Part shown: positions 30,727 through 40,436 of the stretch, one piece after another
Layout of the letters: each line of letters begins with the position of its first letter
Numbering within the stretch: the stretch's first letter is position 1
Source: an uncultured Candidatus Rokubacteria bacterium
Lineage (GTDB): Bacteria; Methylomirabilota; Methylomirabilia; Rokubacteriales; CSP1-6
Assembly: GCA_963771355.1 (NCBI GenBank)
Contig: CAVYTA010000003.1
Span: forward strand, 1-64,000
DNA length: 64,000 bases
Direction: 5' to 3'
Notes under the pieces: generated by a model
Told to the model about the DNA's origin: nothing
The model's database searches: none
The model's input: the letters and a program-made list of their open reading frames with translations, nothing else
Program-made: the position numbers and the translations under genes

Positions 30727-32200
30727 CTAGAAGCGCTGGGCGAGGCCTTTCTCTTCGATGGGGTGCGGGCGATACGCGATGCCGGCCTCGCCGCAGGCCT
30801 TGCGGCTGGGGAAGATCTTGCCGGGATTGCAGAGACCGGTGGGATTGAAGGCGCGCCGGAGCCGGTACATGCAGTCGATGATCGGCCTCGGAGAAGATCA
30901 GCGGCATGTAGTCGGCCTTCTCGAGCCCGATGCCGTGCTCGCCCGAGATGGAGCCGCCCACCTCCGCGCAGACCTTGAGGATCTCGCCGCCCGCCGCCAC
31001 CACCCGTGCCTCCGCGCCCGGCACGCGGGGATCGTAGAGGAGGTTCGGGTGCAGGTTGCCGTCGCCGGCATGGAAGACATTGCCCACGCGCAGGCCGTAC
31101 GCCGCCGCGATCTCGTTCACCCGCCGGAGCACGTAGGGCAGCTTGGTGCGCGGGATGACGCCGTCCATCACCATGTAGGCGGGCGAGATGTGCCCATAGG
31201 CGCCGAAGGCGGACTTGCGGCCCTTCCAGAGCAGGTCGCGCTCCGCCGCGTCCCGCGCCACGCGCACCTCGCGCGCGCCGGCCTCGCGGCAGGCCTGGGA
31301 GATGCGCTCGGCCTGCTCGTCCATGCCGGCGGCGAGCCCATCCACCTCGATGAGGAGCGCGGCGGCGGCATCGCGCGGGTAGCCGCAGCCGAAGGCATCC
31401 TCCACCGCCCCGATGGTGAGCTGATCGATCATCTCCATCGCGGCGGGCACCAGCCCGCGGCCGATGATGGCGGACACCGCCTCCGAGGCCTGATCCACCA
31501 CGTCGAAGACCGCGAGCACGGTCTTCACCGCCTGCGGCTTCTTCATGATGCGGACGATGATCTTGGTGGCGATGCCGAAGGTGCCCTCGGAGCCGACGAA
31601 GAGCCCGGTGAGGTCATAGCCCTGCGCATCGCGCGTCTTGCCGCCGATCCAGGTCAGCTCGCCATCCGGGAGCACCACTTCCAGGCCCAGCACGTGGTTG
31701 GTGGTGACGCCGTACTTGAGGGTGTGCGGGCCGCCCGAGTTGTTGGCGATGTTGCCGCCGATGGTGCAGGCCTGCTGGCTGGAGGGATCCGGCGCGTAGT
31801 AGAAGCCCTGCGGGCCGACGGCCCAGGAGAGGTGCAGGTTGACCAGCCCCGGCTCCACCACCGCGATCTGGTTCGCATAGTCCACTTCCAGCACGCGATT
31901 CATCCGCATCAGCGAGATGACGAGGCCGCCCTCGGCGGGAAGGCAGCCGCCGGAGAGCCCGGTGCCGGCGCCGCGGGCCACGAAGGGCATCTCCTCGCGC
32001 TGGGCCAGCTTGACGAGGGCGGAGACGTGCTCGGCGGATTGGGGGAAGACGACGAAGTCGGCCAGCGCGCGGAAGAGGGTGAGGCCGTCGGACTCGTACA
32101 CCAGCAATTCCTCGGGGTCGGAGAGCACGGCCCCCTTGCCGAGGAGGGCCTCCATCTCCCGGCGCAGGGTCAGCTTCCGCGCGTCGGTCAGCGGGGCCAT
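30727..32200 (-). CDS. glcD: Glycolate oxidase subunit GlcD; +1 frameshift near 30880
   Basis: GAGTGLSGG, PDPSS, HAGDGNLHP, GEHGIG; the C-terminal NPGKIFP is in the shifted frame. Confidence 0.9.
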
Positions 32201-32207
32201 GTGGTGA

Positions 32208-33827
32208 TTATAGCTCCCACGGAGGGGTGATGGCGACGGGCAGCTCCAGCACCGTGGGCCCCCCGTGGGTGAGGGCCTTCTCGAGCGCGTCCCCCAGGTC
32301 GTCAACGGTTTCGACCCTCCGGCCCTCCAGGCCGAAGGCCCGGGCCAGCGCGGGGAAGTCCGGGTTGGCCAGGTCCGTCTCGCCCCAGCGTCCCGCGAAC
32401 ATCTCCTCCTGGAGGTACTTGATCGCGCCATAGCGGTTGTCGTTGAGGACGAGGAAGACGATCGGCAGCGAGTACTTTGCGGCCGTGGCCAGCTCGTTCA
32501 CCGAGAAGAGGAAGCCGCCGTCGCCCACCACCGCCACCACCTGGCGCCCCGGCTCGGCCACCGCCGCGCCGATGGCCGCGGGCACGGCATAGCCCAGCGT
32601 GGCGGAGCCCACCGGATAGAGGAAGGTCCGCGGTGCCAGCACCGGGTAGTGCCACTCCATCCAGTAGTTCAGCCCGGTCTGGTCGTTCACCACGATGGCA
32701 TCCGGCGCCAGCCCATCGCGCAGGATGCGGATGAGGCGGTCGTCCGTCTCCGTCCAGCGCGTCCCGCGCGCGTCGCGCGCGTGCGCCAGCGCCACCCAGT
32801 CCCACTGGGAGACCGCCGCCTCCTTGCCGAGCGCGCCGAGAAGGCGCCCCAGCCCGTCCCGCGCGTCGCCGACGATGCCGATGGCGGCCGCGTGCTGGCG
32901 GCCGATCTCCTCGGGGTCCAGGTCGAGGTGAATCAGCGCCTGCTCGGGGCGGAAGCTCAGATTGAGCAGGAGGCCTTTCGTGGACCGGTGCGCGAAGCGG
33001 CAGCCCACCGCGAGGACCACGTCGGCCGCCTCCAGAGCCGCCTGACTGGCGAGGCGATTGGGCAGCACGCCCAGCCACAGCGGATCCGTCTCCGGCAGCG
33101 TCCCACGGCCCATGACCGTGGTGAGGATGGGCGCGTGGAGCCGGCGCGCCAGCGTGCGGACGTCATCGCCCGCGCCCGCCGCGATCACGCCGCCGCCCGC
33201 GATGAGAAGGGGCCGCCGCGCGCCGCGGAGGAGCTCGGCCGCGCGCGCGACCAGCACTGGATCGCAGCCCGGGCGGGCGCCGCGCGGCGGGTGGAGCGCG
33301 CCCGCAGTGGGCGCCATGAGGAGATCGGTGGGGATGGACAGCGCCACCGGACCCGGCCGCGCGCTGCGGAAGAGCTCGAACGCGCGCTGGACGGCCGGGG
33401 CGATGGCGGCCCCCTCGCGCACGGTCTCAGCCCAGCGCGTGACGGGGCGGAAGCAGTCGATCTGGTTCGACACCTCATGGAGCGCGCCCAGGTGCCGGCC
33501 GATGAGGGCCGCCGGGATATCGGACATGACGGCGAGCACCGGCACCGAGGTCGCGAAGGACTCCACCAGCGGCGTGAGCGCGTTGGTCGCGCCGGGGCCG
33601 GTGGTGACGGCCAGCACCCCGGGCCGGCCGGAGGCGCGCGCATAGCCATCGGCCATGAAGGCCGCGCCTTGCTCGTGACGGGCGAGGATGTGGGTGATCG
33701 CGGACTGCCGGATGAGGGCGTCGTAGATCGCGAGATTGTGGACGCCGGGGATGCCGAAGACGTGGCGCACGCCTTCGGCCGCGAGCGCGTCTACCACCCA
33801 CTGGCCGCCGGTGCGGAGGTCAGTCAC
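32208..33827 (-). CDS. ThDP-dependent enzyme (ALS/decarboxylase family)
   Basis: FGIPGVH, RHEQGA, GDGGF...NDNRYG. Confidence 0.9.
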   Translation of the reverse strand: MTDLRTGGQWVVDALAAEGVRHVFGIPGVHNLAIYDALIRQSAITHILARHEQGAAFMADGYARASGRPGVLAVTTGPGATNALTPLVESFATSVPVLAVMSDIPAALIGRHLGALHEVSNQIDCFRPVTRWAETVREGAAIAPAVQRAFELFRSARPGPVALSIPTDLLMAPTAGALHPPRGARPGCDPVLVARAAELLRGARRPLLIAGGGVIAAGAGDDVRTLARRLHAPILTTVMGRGTLPETDPLWLGVLPNRLASQAALEAADVVLAVGCRFAHRSTKGLLLNLSFRPEQALIHLDLDPEEIGRQHAAAIGIVGDARDGLGRLLGALGKEAAVSQWDWVALAHARDARGTRWTETDDRLIRILRDGLAPDAIVVNDQTGLNYWMEWHYPVLAPRTFLYPVGSATLGYAVPAAIGAAVAEPGRQVVAVVGDGGFLFSVNELATAAKYSLPIVFLVLNDNRYGAIKYLQEEMFAGRWGETDLANPDFPALARAFGLEGRRVETVDDLGDALEKALTHGGPTVLELPVAITPPWEL

Positions 33828-33834
33828 CGGAGGT

Positions 33835-33909
33835 TGGCTCCCCGAGTAGGACTCGAACCTACAACCCTCCGGTTAACAGCCGGATGCTCTACCATTGAGC
33901 TATCGGGGA
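33835..33909 (-). tRNA. tRNA-Asn(GTT)
   Basis: TCCCCGATAGCTCAATGG...TCCGG-CT-GTT-AA-CCGGA...CCA. Confidence 0.97.
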
Positions 33910-33992
33910 GTGACCACCGCCGGATTGAACCGGGACCTTTGATATATCATATGCTTGCGCTCCGGCCAAGCCGCGCGCGCTAGCGTGTCCGT

Positions 33993-34220
33993 CTAGAGTG
34001 ACCGCCCGCCGTCCGGATCTTCGCCGGCCACCGCGGCCTGCAGCCGCATCCGCTCTTCCCACGCCGACTGCGCGGGCTGCTCGTCGAGGCCCAGCCGGGC
34101 CCGCGCCGCGGTATGGAGCCGGTAGTGATCCCACGCGTTCAGCAGCTCGATGGCGAGCCAGGAGCCCACCGCCAGCAGCCCTGCCCAGAAGAACACGCTC
34201 TGAATGACCTGGGTGTACAT
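33993..34220 (-). CDS. Small membrane protein downstream of recR
   Basis: One TM helix; 8 bp after recR. Confidence 0.6.
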   Translation of the reverse strand: MYTQVIQSVFFWAGLLAVGSWLAIELLNAWDHYRLHTAARARLGLDEQPAQSAWEERMRLQAAVAGEDPDGGRSL

Positions 34221-34228
34221 GACTCGGG

Positions 34229-34834
34229 CTACCCCATTTCCTTCCGGCCCTCGAGGGCCTTGCTCAGCGTCACCTCGTCGGCGTACTCGAGATCGCCGCC
34301 CACCGGCAGACCGCGCGCGATGCGCGTGACGCGCAGCCCCAGCGGCTTGAGGAGCTTGGCGAGATAGATGGCGGTGGCCTCGCCCTCCACGCTCGGGTTG
34401 GTGGCGAGGATCACCTCGTCCACCGCCTCGCCGTCGAGCCGGTGGAGCAGCTCGCGCACCCGGATGTCCTCCGGCCCGACCCCGTCGAGCGGCGACAGCG
34501 CCCCCATCAGCACGTGGTAGCGGCCCTTGAACTCGCCGGTGCGCTCCACCGCGAGCAAGTCGTTCGGCTCCTCCACCACGCAGAGGCTCCGGGCGTCACG
34601 CGCGGGATCGCCGCAGATGCGGCAGGGGTCCTCCTCCGTCACGTTGAAGCATCGCGAGCAGTGCACGATGCGGGTCTTGAGCGCGGTGAGCGCGGCGGAG
34701 AGCTCGCCCACCTCGTCGGCCGGCCGCTTGAGCAGAAAGAAGGTCATCCGCTGGGCGCTCTTCGGCCCGACGCCGGGGAGCTTCTGCAGCGCCTCGATGA
34801 GGCGGGCCACCGGCTCGGGAAAGTACGCCATCAC
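34229..34834 (-). CDS. recR: Recombination protein RecR
   Basis: LPGVGPKSAQR, C4 zinc finger, ATNPSVEGEATA. Confidence 0.97.
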   Translation of the reverse strand: MMAYFPEPVARLIEALQKLPGVGPKSAQRMTFFLLKRPADEVGELSAALTALKTRIVHCSRCFNVTEEDPCRICGDPARDARSLCVVEEPNDLLAVERTGEFKGRYHVLMGALSPLDGVGPEDIRVRELLHRLDGEAVDEVILATNPSVEGEATAIYLAKLLKPLGLRVTRIARGLPVGGDLEYADEVTLSKALEGRKEMG

Positions 34835-35145
34835 ATCCCGAGGCCGGGGATCTTGAGCCCGCCGGTGAGCTTGCCCAGCTCGGCCTGCATCATGTCCCGC
34901 GACTTGCGCAGGGCCTCGTTGCAGGCGGCGAGGACGAGATCCTCGAGCATCTGGCCGTCCTCGGGATTGATGACTTCCCGATCGATCTTGATGGACACGA
35001 TCTCCTGCTTGCCGTTGGCGACGACGGTGACCATGCCCCCGCCGGCGGTGGCGTCGACCAGCTTCTTGGCCGCCTCCGCCTGCATCGCCTCCATCTGCGC
35101 CTGCAGCTTCTGCGCTTCCTTCATGATATTGCCGAAGCCTTTCAC
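34831..35145 (-). CDS. ybaB: YbaB/EbfC nucleoid-associated protein
   Basis: AGGGMVTV, MLEDLVLAA; lies between dnaX and recR. Confidence 0.95.
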   Translation of the reverse strand: MKGFGNIMKEAQKLQAQMEAMQAEAAKKLVDATAGGGMVTVVANGKQEIVSIKIDREVINPEDGQMLEDLVLAACNEALRKSRDMMQAELGKLTGGLKIPGLGM

Positions 35146-36905
35146 TGACCGTCTCCTTCCTGGGGCGTGGGCTCGTCGGGGATCCGCGGCCGTACCGCCA
35201 CCACCTCGCCGCCGAATGCGGCCAGCGCGGCCCGCACCGCGGGATGCGCGAGGGCGCCCGCGCCGGGCGTCGCCTCCGCGCTCAGTTCCATGCGCCGCGC
35301 GCCGGCGACGTGCTGCTCGATGGCCTGATTGATGAGGTCGCGATTGGCGCGGTCGGCGAGCATCTCCTTGTGAAACGCGCTGGCCACCATGCTCACGGCC
35401 AGCGCGCCGTCGCGCACGGCGACGGGCGTGGCGTGCTGGAGCACCGAGCCCAGCAGCGCCTTGCGGGCCAGCACGGCGGCCACCACGCGTTGCCAGGCCT
35501 CGCCCAGCTCGCCGCCGGGGCCGGCCGGCGCGGCGGGCGCGGGGGCCTGCCCTCGTCCCCGCTCGGCGGCGAGCTCACGCGGCGGCGGCTCGTCGCTCTC
35601 CTGGCTGCGGGGAGGCGCGCCGGCGCCGACTGGCGGCGCGGCCGGGCGCGAAGGCGCGGCGGCGGGCGCGCCACCGCCCGCACCCGGGGACCGCGGGTCG
35701 GCGCCGAGGAGGCTGCCCTGCGCGGACGCGGGGCGCGCGGGGACCACGCCGGTTCCGCCGGCGCGCAGCCGCCGCTCGGCTTCCTCCACTCTGTTGATCA
35801 ACGCGTCCAGGGCCTGGAGCTGGGGTCGGCGTGCGGCGCGCACGGCGCCCACTTCCAGCTCCACCCGCGGATAGGGGGAGCGGCGCATCTCCGCCTGGCT
35901 CTCCAGCAGCACGCGAAGGAGATAGACGAGATCGTCCACGGAGGCGGGCTCGGCGACGGCGGCCAGCTCCTGCGCCTCCGCGGGCGTGAGCTCGGCGGGC
36001 GGGTTGGCCGGCGCCACCTTCACCACGAGGAGCCGGCGCAGCATCTCCACCACATCGCGGCAATAGCCCTCGAGGTCTTCCCCCTGGCGCGCGGCGCGAT
36101 CGATGGCTTCCAGCGCCGCCGCGCTGTCGCGCCCGAGCAGCGCGGCCGCGAGGGCCCGCACCTGGACCGGCGAGGAGGCGCCCAGGAGCCGGGCCACGCT
36201 GCCCTCCTCGAGCCGGCCCTCGCCATAGGCGATGGCGGCGTCCAGCAGCGAGAGCGCGTCCCGCAGGCTGCCCTCCGCGGCCCGCACGAGGAGCGGCAGG
36301 GCGGCCGCGTCGAAGGTCACGCCCTCCTGGGTGAGGATGTCGGTGAGCTGGCGCGTGAGGAGATCCGCCGGGATGGGGCGGAAGTCGAAGCGCTGGCAGC
36401 GCGAGAGCACGGTGGCGGGGATCTTCTTCGGGTCCGTGGTGGCCAGGATGAAGACCACGTGCGGCGGCGGCTCCTCCAGCGTCTTGAGGAAGGCATTGAA
36501 GGCCGGGCCCGAGAGCATGTGGACCTCGTCCACGATGTAGACCTTGAAGCGGCCGCGCGCGGGAGAATACTTCACGTTCTCCCGCAGCGTCCGGATCTCC
36601 TCCACGCCGTTGTTGCTGGCGGCGTCGATCTCGAGCACGTCCACCGGCGCCCCCGAGACGAAGTCGAGGCAGGAGGGGCACTTGCCGCAGGCCTCGGGCT
36701 CGGTGGTGCGCGCGGTGCAGGCCAGCGCCTTGGCGAGCAGCCGCGCGGTGGTGGTCTTGCCGACGCCCCGCGGGCCGGTGAAGAGATAGGCGTGGGCGAC
36801 GCGCCCGCTCGCCAGCGCATTGCGCAGCGTGCGGGTGACCGCCTCCTGACCGACCACGGCGTCGAAGACCTGCGGCCGCCACTTCCGGGCGAGGACCTGG
36901 TACAT
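35142..36905 (-). CDS. dnaX: DNA polymerase III gamma/tau
   Basis: MYQVLARKWRP, GPRGVGKTT, DEVHML, SRC. Confidence 0.97.
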   Translation of the reverse strand: MYQVLARKWRPQVFDAVVGQEAVTRTLRNALASGRVAHAYLFTGPRGVGKTTTARLLAKALACTARTTEPEACGKCPSCLDFVSGAPVDVLEIDAASNNGVEEIRTLRENVKYSPARGRFKVYIVDEVHMLSGPAFNAFLKTLEEPPPHVVFILATTDPKKIPATVLSRCQRFDFRPIPADLLTRQLTDILTQEGVTFDAAALPLLVRAAEGSLRDALSLLDAAIAYGEGRLEEGSVARLLGASSPVQVRALAAALLGRDSAAALEAIDRAARQGEDLEGYCRDVVEMLRRLLVVKVAPANPPAELTPAEAQELAAVAEPASVDDLVYLLRVLLESQAEMRRSPYPRVELEVGAVRAARRPQLQALDALINRVEEAERRLRAGGTGVVPARPASAQGSLLGADPRSPGAGGGAPAAAPSRPAAPPVGAGAPPRSQESDEPPPRELAAERGRGQAPAPAAPAGPGGELGEAWQRVVAAVLARKALLGSVLQHATPVAVRDGALAVSMVASAFHKEMLADRANRDLINQAIEQHVAGARRMELSAEATPGAGALAHPAVRAALAAFGGEVVAVRPRIPDEPTPQEGDGQ

Positions 36906-36910
36906 CAAAA

Positions 36911-37179
36911 GACCGTGCACCCCCCATCGAAACGTCCGTACCGCGATCTCCGGATGGAACCTGCTCCGGCCAGGTACTCCCACGGCACTCGGGAGGGATG
37001 CCTTACCGTTGCTCCCTTCCGGGCCTGGCGGGGTTCGGCAGTTCCCGTCGCGTGGGGCCCAGCCCTCAACGCCGCCCCATCCGGCTCATTCGACACGAGC
37101 GCCCCTCAAGGGGGAATTCAACCCCGCTATAGCGGATTGCGGGTTACAGGGCACCGCTACCTCCCCGTCTAGCACGGCC
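36911..37179 (-). ncRNA. ffs: Large (Alu-domain) bacterial SRP RNA
   Basis: 5' GCCGTGCTAGACGGGGAGGTAGCGGTGCCCTGT, helix 8 CAGGCCCGGAAGGGAGCA, 3' GCACGGTC pairing with the 5' end; ~269 nt upstream of dnaX. Confidence 0.93.
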
Positions 37180-37190
37180 AAGTCGAAAAA

Positions 37191-37280
37191 TGGCGGAGGG
37201 GGTGGGATTCGAACCCACGGTACAGTTGCCCGTACACGGCATTTCCAGTGCCGCACCTTCGGCCACTCGGCCACCCCTCC
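37191..37280 (-). tRNA. tRNA-Ser(GGA)
   Basis: CGGCA-CT-GGA-AA-TGCCG, long variable arm, CCA. Confidence 0.97.
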
Positions 37281-37323
37281 ACGCGATTCCGGCCACCACG
37301 ACGCGACTCTGGTCAGACGAAAA

Positions 37324-37415
37324 TGGCGGAGGGGAGAGGATTTGAACCCCCGAGGGACTTACGCCCCTATCCGATTTCGAGTCGGACGCCTTCAACCGGG
37401 CTCGGCCACCCCTCC
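37324..37415 (-). tRNA. tRNA-Ser(CGA)
   Basis: TCCGA-CT-CGA-AA-TCGGA, long variable arm, CCA. Confidence 0.97.
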
Positions 37416-37501
37416 GCGAGCTTTTGCGTAAGCGCGCGACGACTGAGGGCCAAGTATACCCGCTCGGCTGTTCGGCGTGCCGCCCTTCGTTGGGGCGGCG
37501 G

Positions 37502-37954
37502 TCAGGGCTGCTTGCGAATCGCGGCGGCGGGGTCGAATGAAGGGGTACCGACCCAGCCCGTCTCCGACACATCGACGGTGACCCCGTCCGGGCCCGTGTA
37601 CTTCACCTCGACGTTCGCGAAGCGCCCGGCCCCACCCACACCGAGGGCCTCGTTGATGTCGTCGCGCCGCTCGGAGCCGACGGCGGTGAGCTTCTCGGCG
37701 ATGCTCTCGAGGCTCTCCACCTGGAAGCCAAAGTGATGGATGCCGGTCCAGTCCTTGCCGCGCTCCACCCCCGCTACCACGTCGTTCTTGAACTTGAGGA
37801 TGGCCAGGTTGAGATCGCCATCGGTGAGGAAGAACCCGCTGAGGTTCGGATTGTCGAGCCGGCCGATCTCCTTCATCCCGAACACGTCCACGTAGAACTT
37901 GGCGGTGGCCTCGGGATTCGCGGTGGACAGCGCGATGTGCTTGATCTTTGCCAT
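37502..37954 (-). CDS. VOC/glyoxalase family protein
   Basis: IKHIAL...FY..VFG, GIHHFGF, GPDG. Confidence 0.88.
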   Translation of the reverse strand: MAKIKHIALSTANPEATAKFYVDVFGMKEIGRLDNPNLSGFFLTDGDLNLAILKFKNDVVAGVERGKDWTGIHHFGFQVESLESIAEKLTAVGSERRDDINEALGVGGAGRFANVEVKYTGPDGVTVDVSETGWVGTPSFDPAAAIRKQP

Positions 37955-37977
37955 GGCGGGCTCTCTCCCCTGGGGCG

Positions 37978-38436
37978 CTATTGCCGCTTGGTCTGGAAGA
38001 ACTCGCGGAGGAGCGCGGCGCTCTCCTCGCCGCGCACGTCCCCGCGCACCGCTGCCTGGTGATTCAACCGCGCGTCCTCGAGGAGGCGGTACAGCGTGCG
38101 CGCCGCACCCGCCTTCGGATCGGGCGCCCCGTAAACCACACGCGTGACCCGCGCCAGCACCGCGGCGCCGCAGCACATGGCACAGGGCTCAACGGTGACG
38201 TACAGGGCCGCAGCGCCAAGCCGGTAGTTCCCCATCACCTGCGCGGCCGCCCGGAGCGCCAGCACCTCCGCGTGCGCCGTGGGATCCTTCAGGCCGATGG
38301 GCTGGTTGTGACCGCGGCCGATCACCCGGCCGTCGAGCACCACCACCGCGCCGACCGGCACCTCGCCCGCGGCCAGCGCGGTCCGGGCCTCGTCCAGCGC
38401 CAGCCCCATGTACCGCTCGTCGTCGGGCTCGCCCAT
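37978..38436 (-). CDS. tadA: tRNA adenosine(34) deaminase
   Basis: GEVPVGA, DPTAHAE, EPCAMC, NH. Confidence 0.95.
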   Translation of the reverse strand: MGEPDDERYMGLALDEARTALAAGEVPVGAVVVLDGRVIGRGHNQPIGLKDPTAHAEVLALRAAAQVMGNYRLGAAALYVTVEPCAMCCGAAVLARVTRVVYGAPDPKAGAARTLYRLLEDARLNHQAAVRGDVRGEESAALLREFFQTKRQ

Positions 38437-38466
38437 CTCCTGCTTTCGCCCGCCCTCCTGCCCTCG

Positions 38467-38515
38467 AATGGTGCGCCCTAGAGGAGTCGACCCTCTGGTC
38501 TTCGGATTCGTAGTC
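38467..38515 (-). repeat. att site: 49-bp copy of the tRNA-Arg(ACG) 3' end (2 mismatches)
   Basis: AATGGTGCGCCCTAGAGGAGTCGAcCCTCTGGtCTTCGGATTCGTAGTC compared with 54291-54339. Confidence 0.93.
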
Positions 38516-38689
38516 TGGAACAGGCGCGACAGACCCCAACGCTAGCCCATAAGTGCCCGATGCGGCAAGCACTCGTCTTCAACTGGCTCGACGCCACCTT
38601 CGCAGCGCCGCGGTCACAAAAGGACACCATTACGGCGTGTCGAGCTCGTGCCGCGCGCCCCGGACCAGCGTCTTCAGGCGAACAGTCGG

Positions 38690-39364
38690 TCACGCCGCGG
38701 TCCCGCGCTTCCGGCGGCGACCCGCCCGGCGCTTGCCGGCGTCTCGCCAGCCACGGGGTGGCTCCACGACGGCCGGATCCGACATCGAGACGCGAACGCC
38801 GGGCTTGTTCACCACCTGGACGGTGCTGGCTTGCGGGCCTTCCTCGCCTTCCTCCTCCTCGAAGCGCACTTCGGTGCCGACAGCGAGCCGCTCGAAGTCC
38901 TCGTGCAGGACGCTGTTACGGTGGAAGTACAGCTCGCGGCCATCCGGTGTCATCAGGAACCCATAGCCCTCGTTTCCCGCCGGGCCCGGGTACAGGCGCA
39001 CGACCAGCGCCCGCGGCTCCTGCGGTCTCTTCGTCTCACCCCGCCGGCGGTCGCTCCTGGACTGCAGCTGGCGGCGGGCCGCGCGGAAGGCGCCGAGGAC
39101 GATCGTCTGCAGGCTCTCGTGCATGTCGCTATCGCCCGGCTCGCGCGTGACCACGATCGGCTCCTGCAATCCGGCGCCGATGGTGAGGCGCACCCGGAAG
39201 CGGTTGCCGTCTCGCTGGTGTCGCTGCGGCTGCTCGATGGTCATGCGGCACGACACGAGCTTCCGCCCGTAGCGCTCCAGCTTGGCGGCCTCGCGCTGTA
39301 CGACCGATTCGATATCTGGATCCGGCGACGCATTGCGAAACGTGATATTGACCTGGGTTTCCAT
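38690..39364 (-). CDS. HPF/RaiA-cold shock domain fusion
   Basis: ITFRN...KLERY...SCRMTIE, GYGFL..DGRELYFHRNSV...GPQAS. Confidence 0.88.
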   Translation of the reverse strand: METQVNITFRNASPDPDIESVVQREAAKLERYGRKLVSCRMTIEQPQRHQRDGNRFRVRLTIGAGLQEPIVVTREPGDSDMHESLQTIVLGAFRAARRQLQSRSDRRRGETKRPQEPRALVVRLYPGPAGNEGYGFLMTPDGRELYFHRNSVLHEDFERLAVGTEVRFEEEEGEEGPQASTVQVVNKPGVRVSMSDPAVVEPPRGWRDAGKRRAGRRRKRGTAA

Positions 39365-39376
39365 GTCCCATTTTCC

Positions 39377-39392
39377 AGCATCATCCATGCCA
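39377..39392 (-). promoter_or_regulatory. Putative sigma-54 promoter
   Basis: TGGCAT-GGATG-ATGCT (GG-N10-GC) just upstream of HPF-CSD. Confidence 0.6.
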
Positions 39393-39507
39393 TGCGCCGA
39401 GAGCGCGATGTTCCGCGTAAACCGCAACCAGGCAGTCGTTACCCACTCCGGATTCGCGGCCTGCTGCCTTTGGCCGCTATGTCGCTCACTTTCATTCCGA
39501 TCTGTCG

Positions 39508-39523
39508 TGGTACACGCCTTGCT
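39508..39523 (+). promoter_or_regulatory. Putative sigma-54 promoter
   Basis: TGGTAC-ACGCC-TTGCT. Confidence 0.65.
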
Positions 39524-39568
39524 GGCTACGTGGTATCCGCGGATGCTAGCTGCACAAGGAGGACAACG

Positions 39569-39826
39569 ATGGCTAGAGCGGTGAAGCGGCAGCAGGCCAC
39601 CCATGCAACCGGCATTTCGAACCATCCACTCGACGAAGAGATCCGTCGACAGGAGAAGGTCCCGGCGCGCGGCCGCCGGAAGTCCCCGGGAGGCACCGAT
39701 CGCCCCACCGAGCCAGCACCCGCTCGCCGTCGCGGCCGCGATGAAGGCCCGGATCAGGAGGTTCCGGTGACGCCGGGCACGAAAACCTCGGCGCGGAAGC
39801 ACAATCGCAGATTGAGGTCACGTTGA
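39569..39826 (+). CDS. Small basic, likely disordered protein (85 aa)
   Basis: SD AGGAGG, MARAVKRQQATHATGISNHPLDEEIRRQEKVPARG. Confidence 0.7.
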   Translation: MARAVKRQQATHATGISNHPLDEEIRRQEKVPARGRRKSPGGTDRPTEPAPARRRGRDEGPDQEVPVTPGTKTSARKHNRRLRSR

Positions 39827-39967
39827 ACCCTGCTGTCGCGATCGGATAGAGGTCGGCGGGCGGATCAGACTTCGTCGGGCTCGTCGACGCGGACGCGCGA
39901 CTCGGCATTGCTGCTCAGCTCATGCTCCAGACGCTGCCGGATCTCATTCACGTCCAGCCGTCTCGGG

Positions 39968-40120
39968 TCAGCCGCCGCGCTTGAAGAACTGCACCGCCCG
40001 TTCATGCCGCTCGGCGGCCGCGCGCGTCTTGAACGTTCCCAGGTTGCGGCGGCGTCCGGTGCGCGGATTCTTCTTGCGGGAATAGAGCCGGTATCCTCCT
40101 CCAGGAAGCCGGCGGATCAT
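39968..40120 (-). CDS. Small basic protein (50 aa)
   Basis: MIRRLPGGGYRLYSRKKNPRTGRRRNLGTFKTRAAAERHERAVQFFK; beta-beta-beta-alpha pattern like AP2/Arm DNA-binding domains. Confidence 0.75.
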   Translation of the reverse strand: MIRRLPGGGYRLYSRKKNPRTGRRRNLGTFKTRAAAERHERAVQFFKRGG

Positions 40121-40188
40121 GCGGGCAGCCCGGAGAGGAGCTTCTCGAGGGTGATGAACATCGTCGAGAGAGCCAGGATCGTCCTCAT
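40117..40188 (-). CDS. Possible 23-aa hydrophobic leader peptide
   Basis: MRTILALSTMFITLEKLLSGLPA; starts next to the predicted sigma-54 TSS; ATGA overlap with the next gene. Confidence 0.3.
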   Translation of the reverse strand: MRTILALSTMFITLEKLLSGLPA

Positions 40189-40201
40189 GGCGAGGAGGTT
40201 C

Positions 40202-40217
40202 AGCAAGCTCGGTGCCA
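40202..40217 (-). promoter_or_regulatory. Sigma-54 promoter (perfect consensus)
   Basis: TGGCAC-CGAGC-TTGCT. Confidence 0.75.
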
Positions 40218-40436
40218 GGCGGTGGACGGCCTTCGAGCGTGGAAAACGGGATAAGCTCCTGGGATGACAGCGGCAAGAAAGTACGCCGGTGAGAACCTAC
40301 CGGGTAAGAACGTAGCGTTAGTCGAGCCTCACGACTCTGGACTGAACGCCTCGTCCTCGGACAGACCACACCGATCACACCCGGTGATCGGCACTTCGTC
40401 CTGCCCGACCGTGAATGGTTGACTCATCGCTATGCC

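Noticed and set aside
35142..36905. Programmed gamma/tau frameshift in dnaX
   Set aside because: No A-rich slippery run was seen; the ORF is continuous
39865..39951. 28-aa ORF (VNEIRQRLEHELSS...) after the 50-aa basic protein
   Set aside because: Too short with no clear SD or motif; could be a gene remnant but cannot be supported
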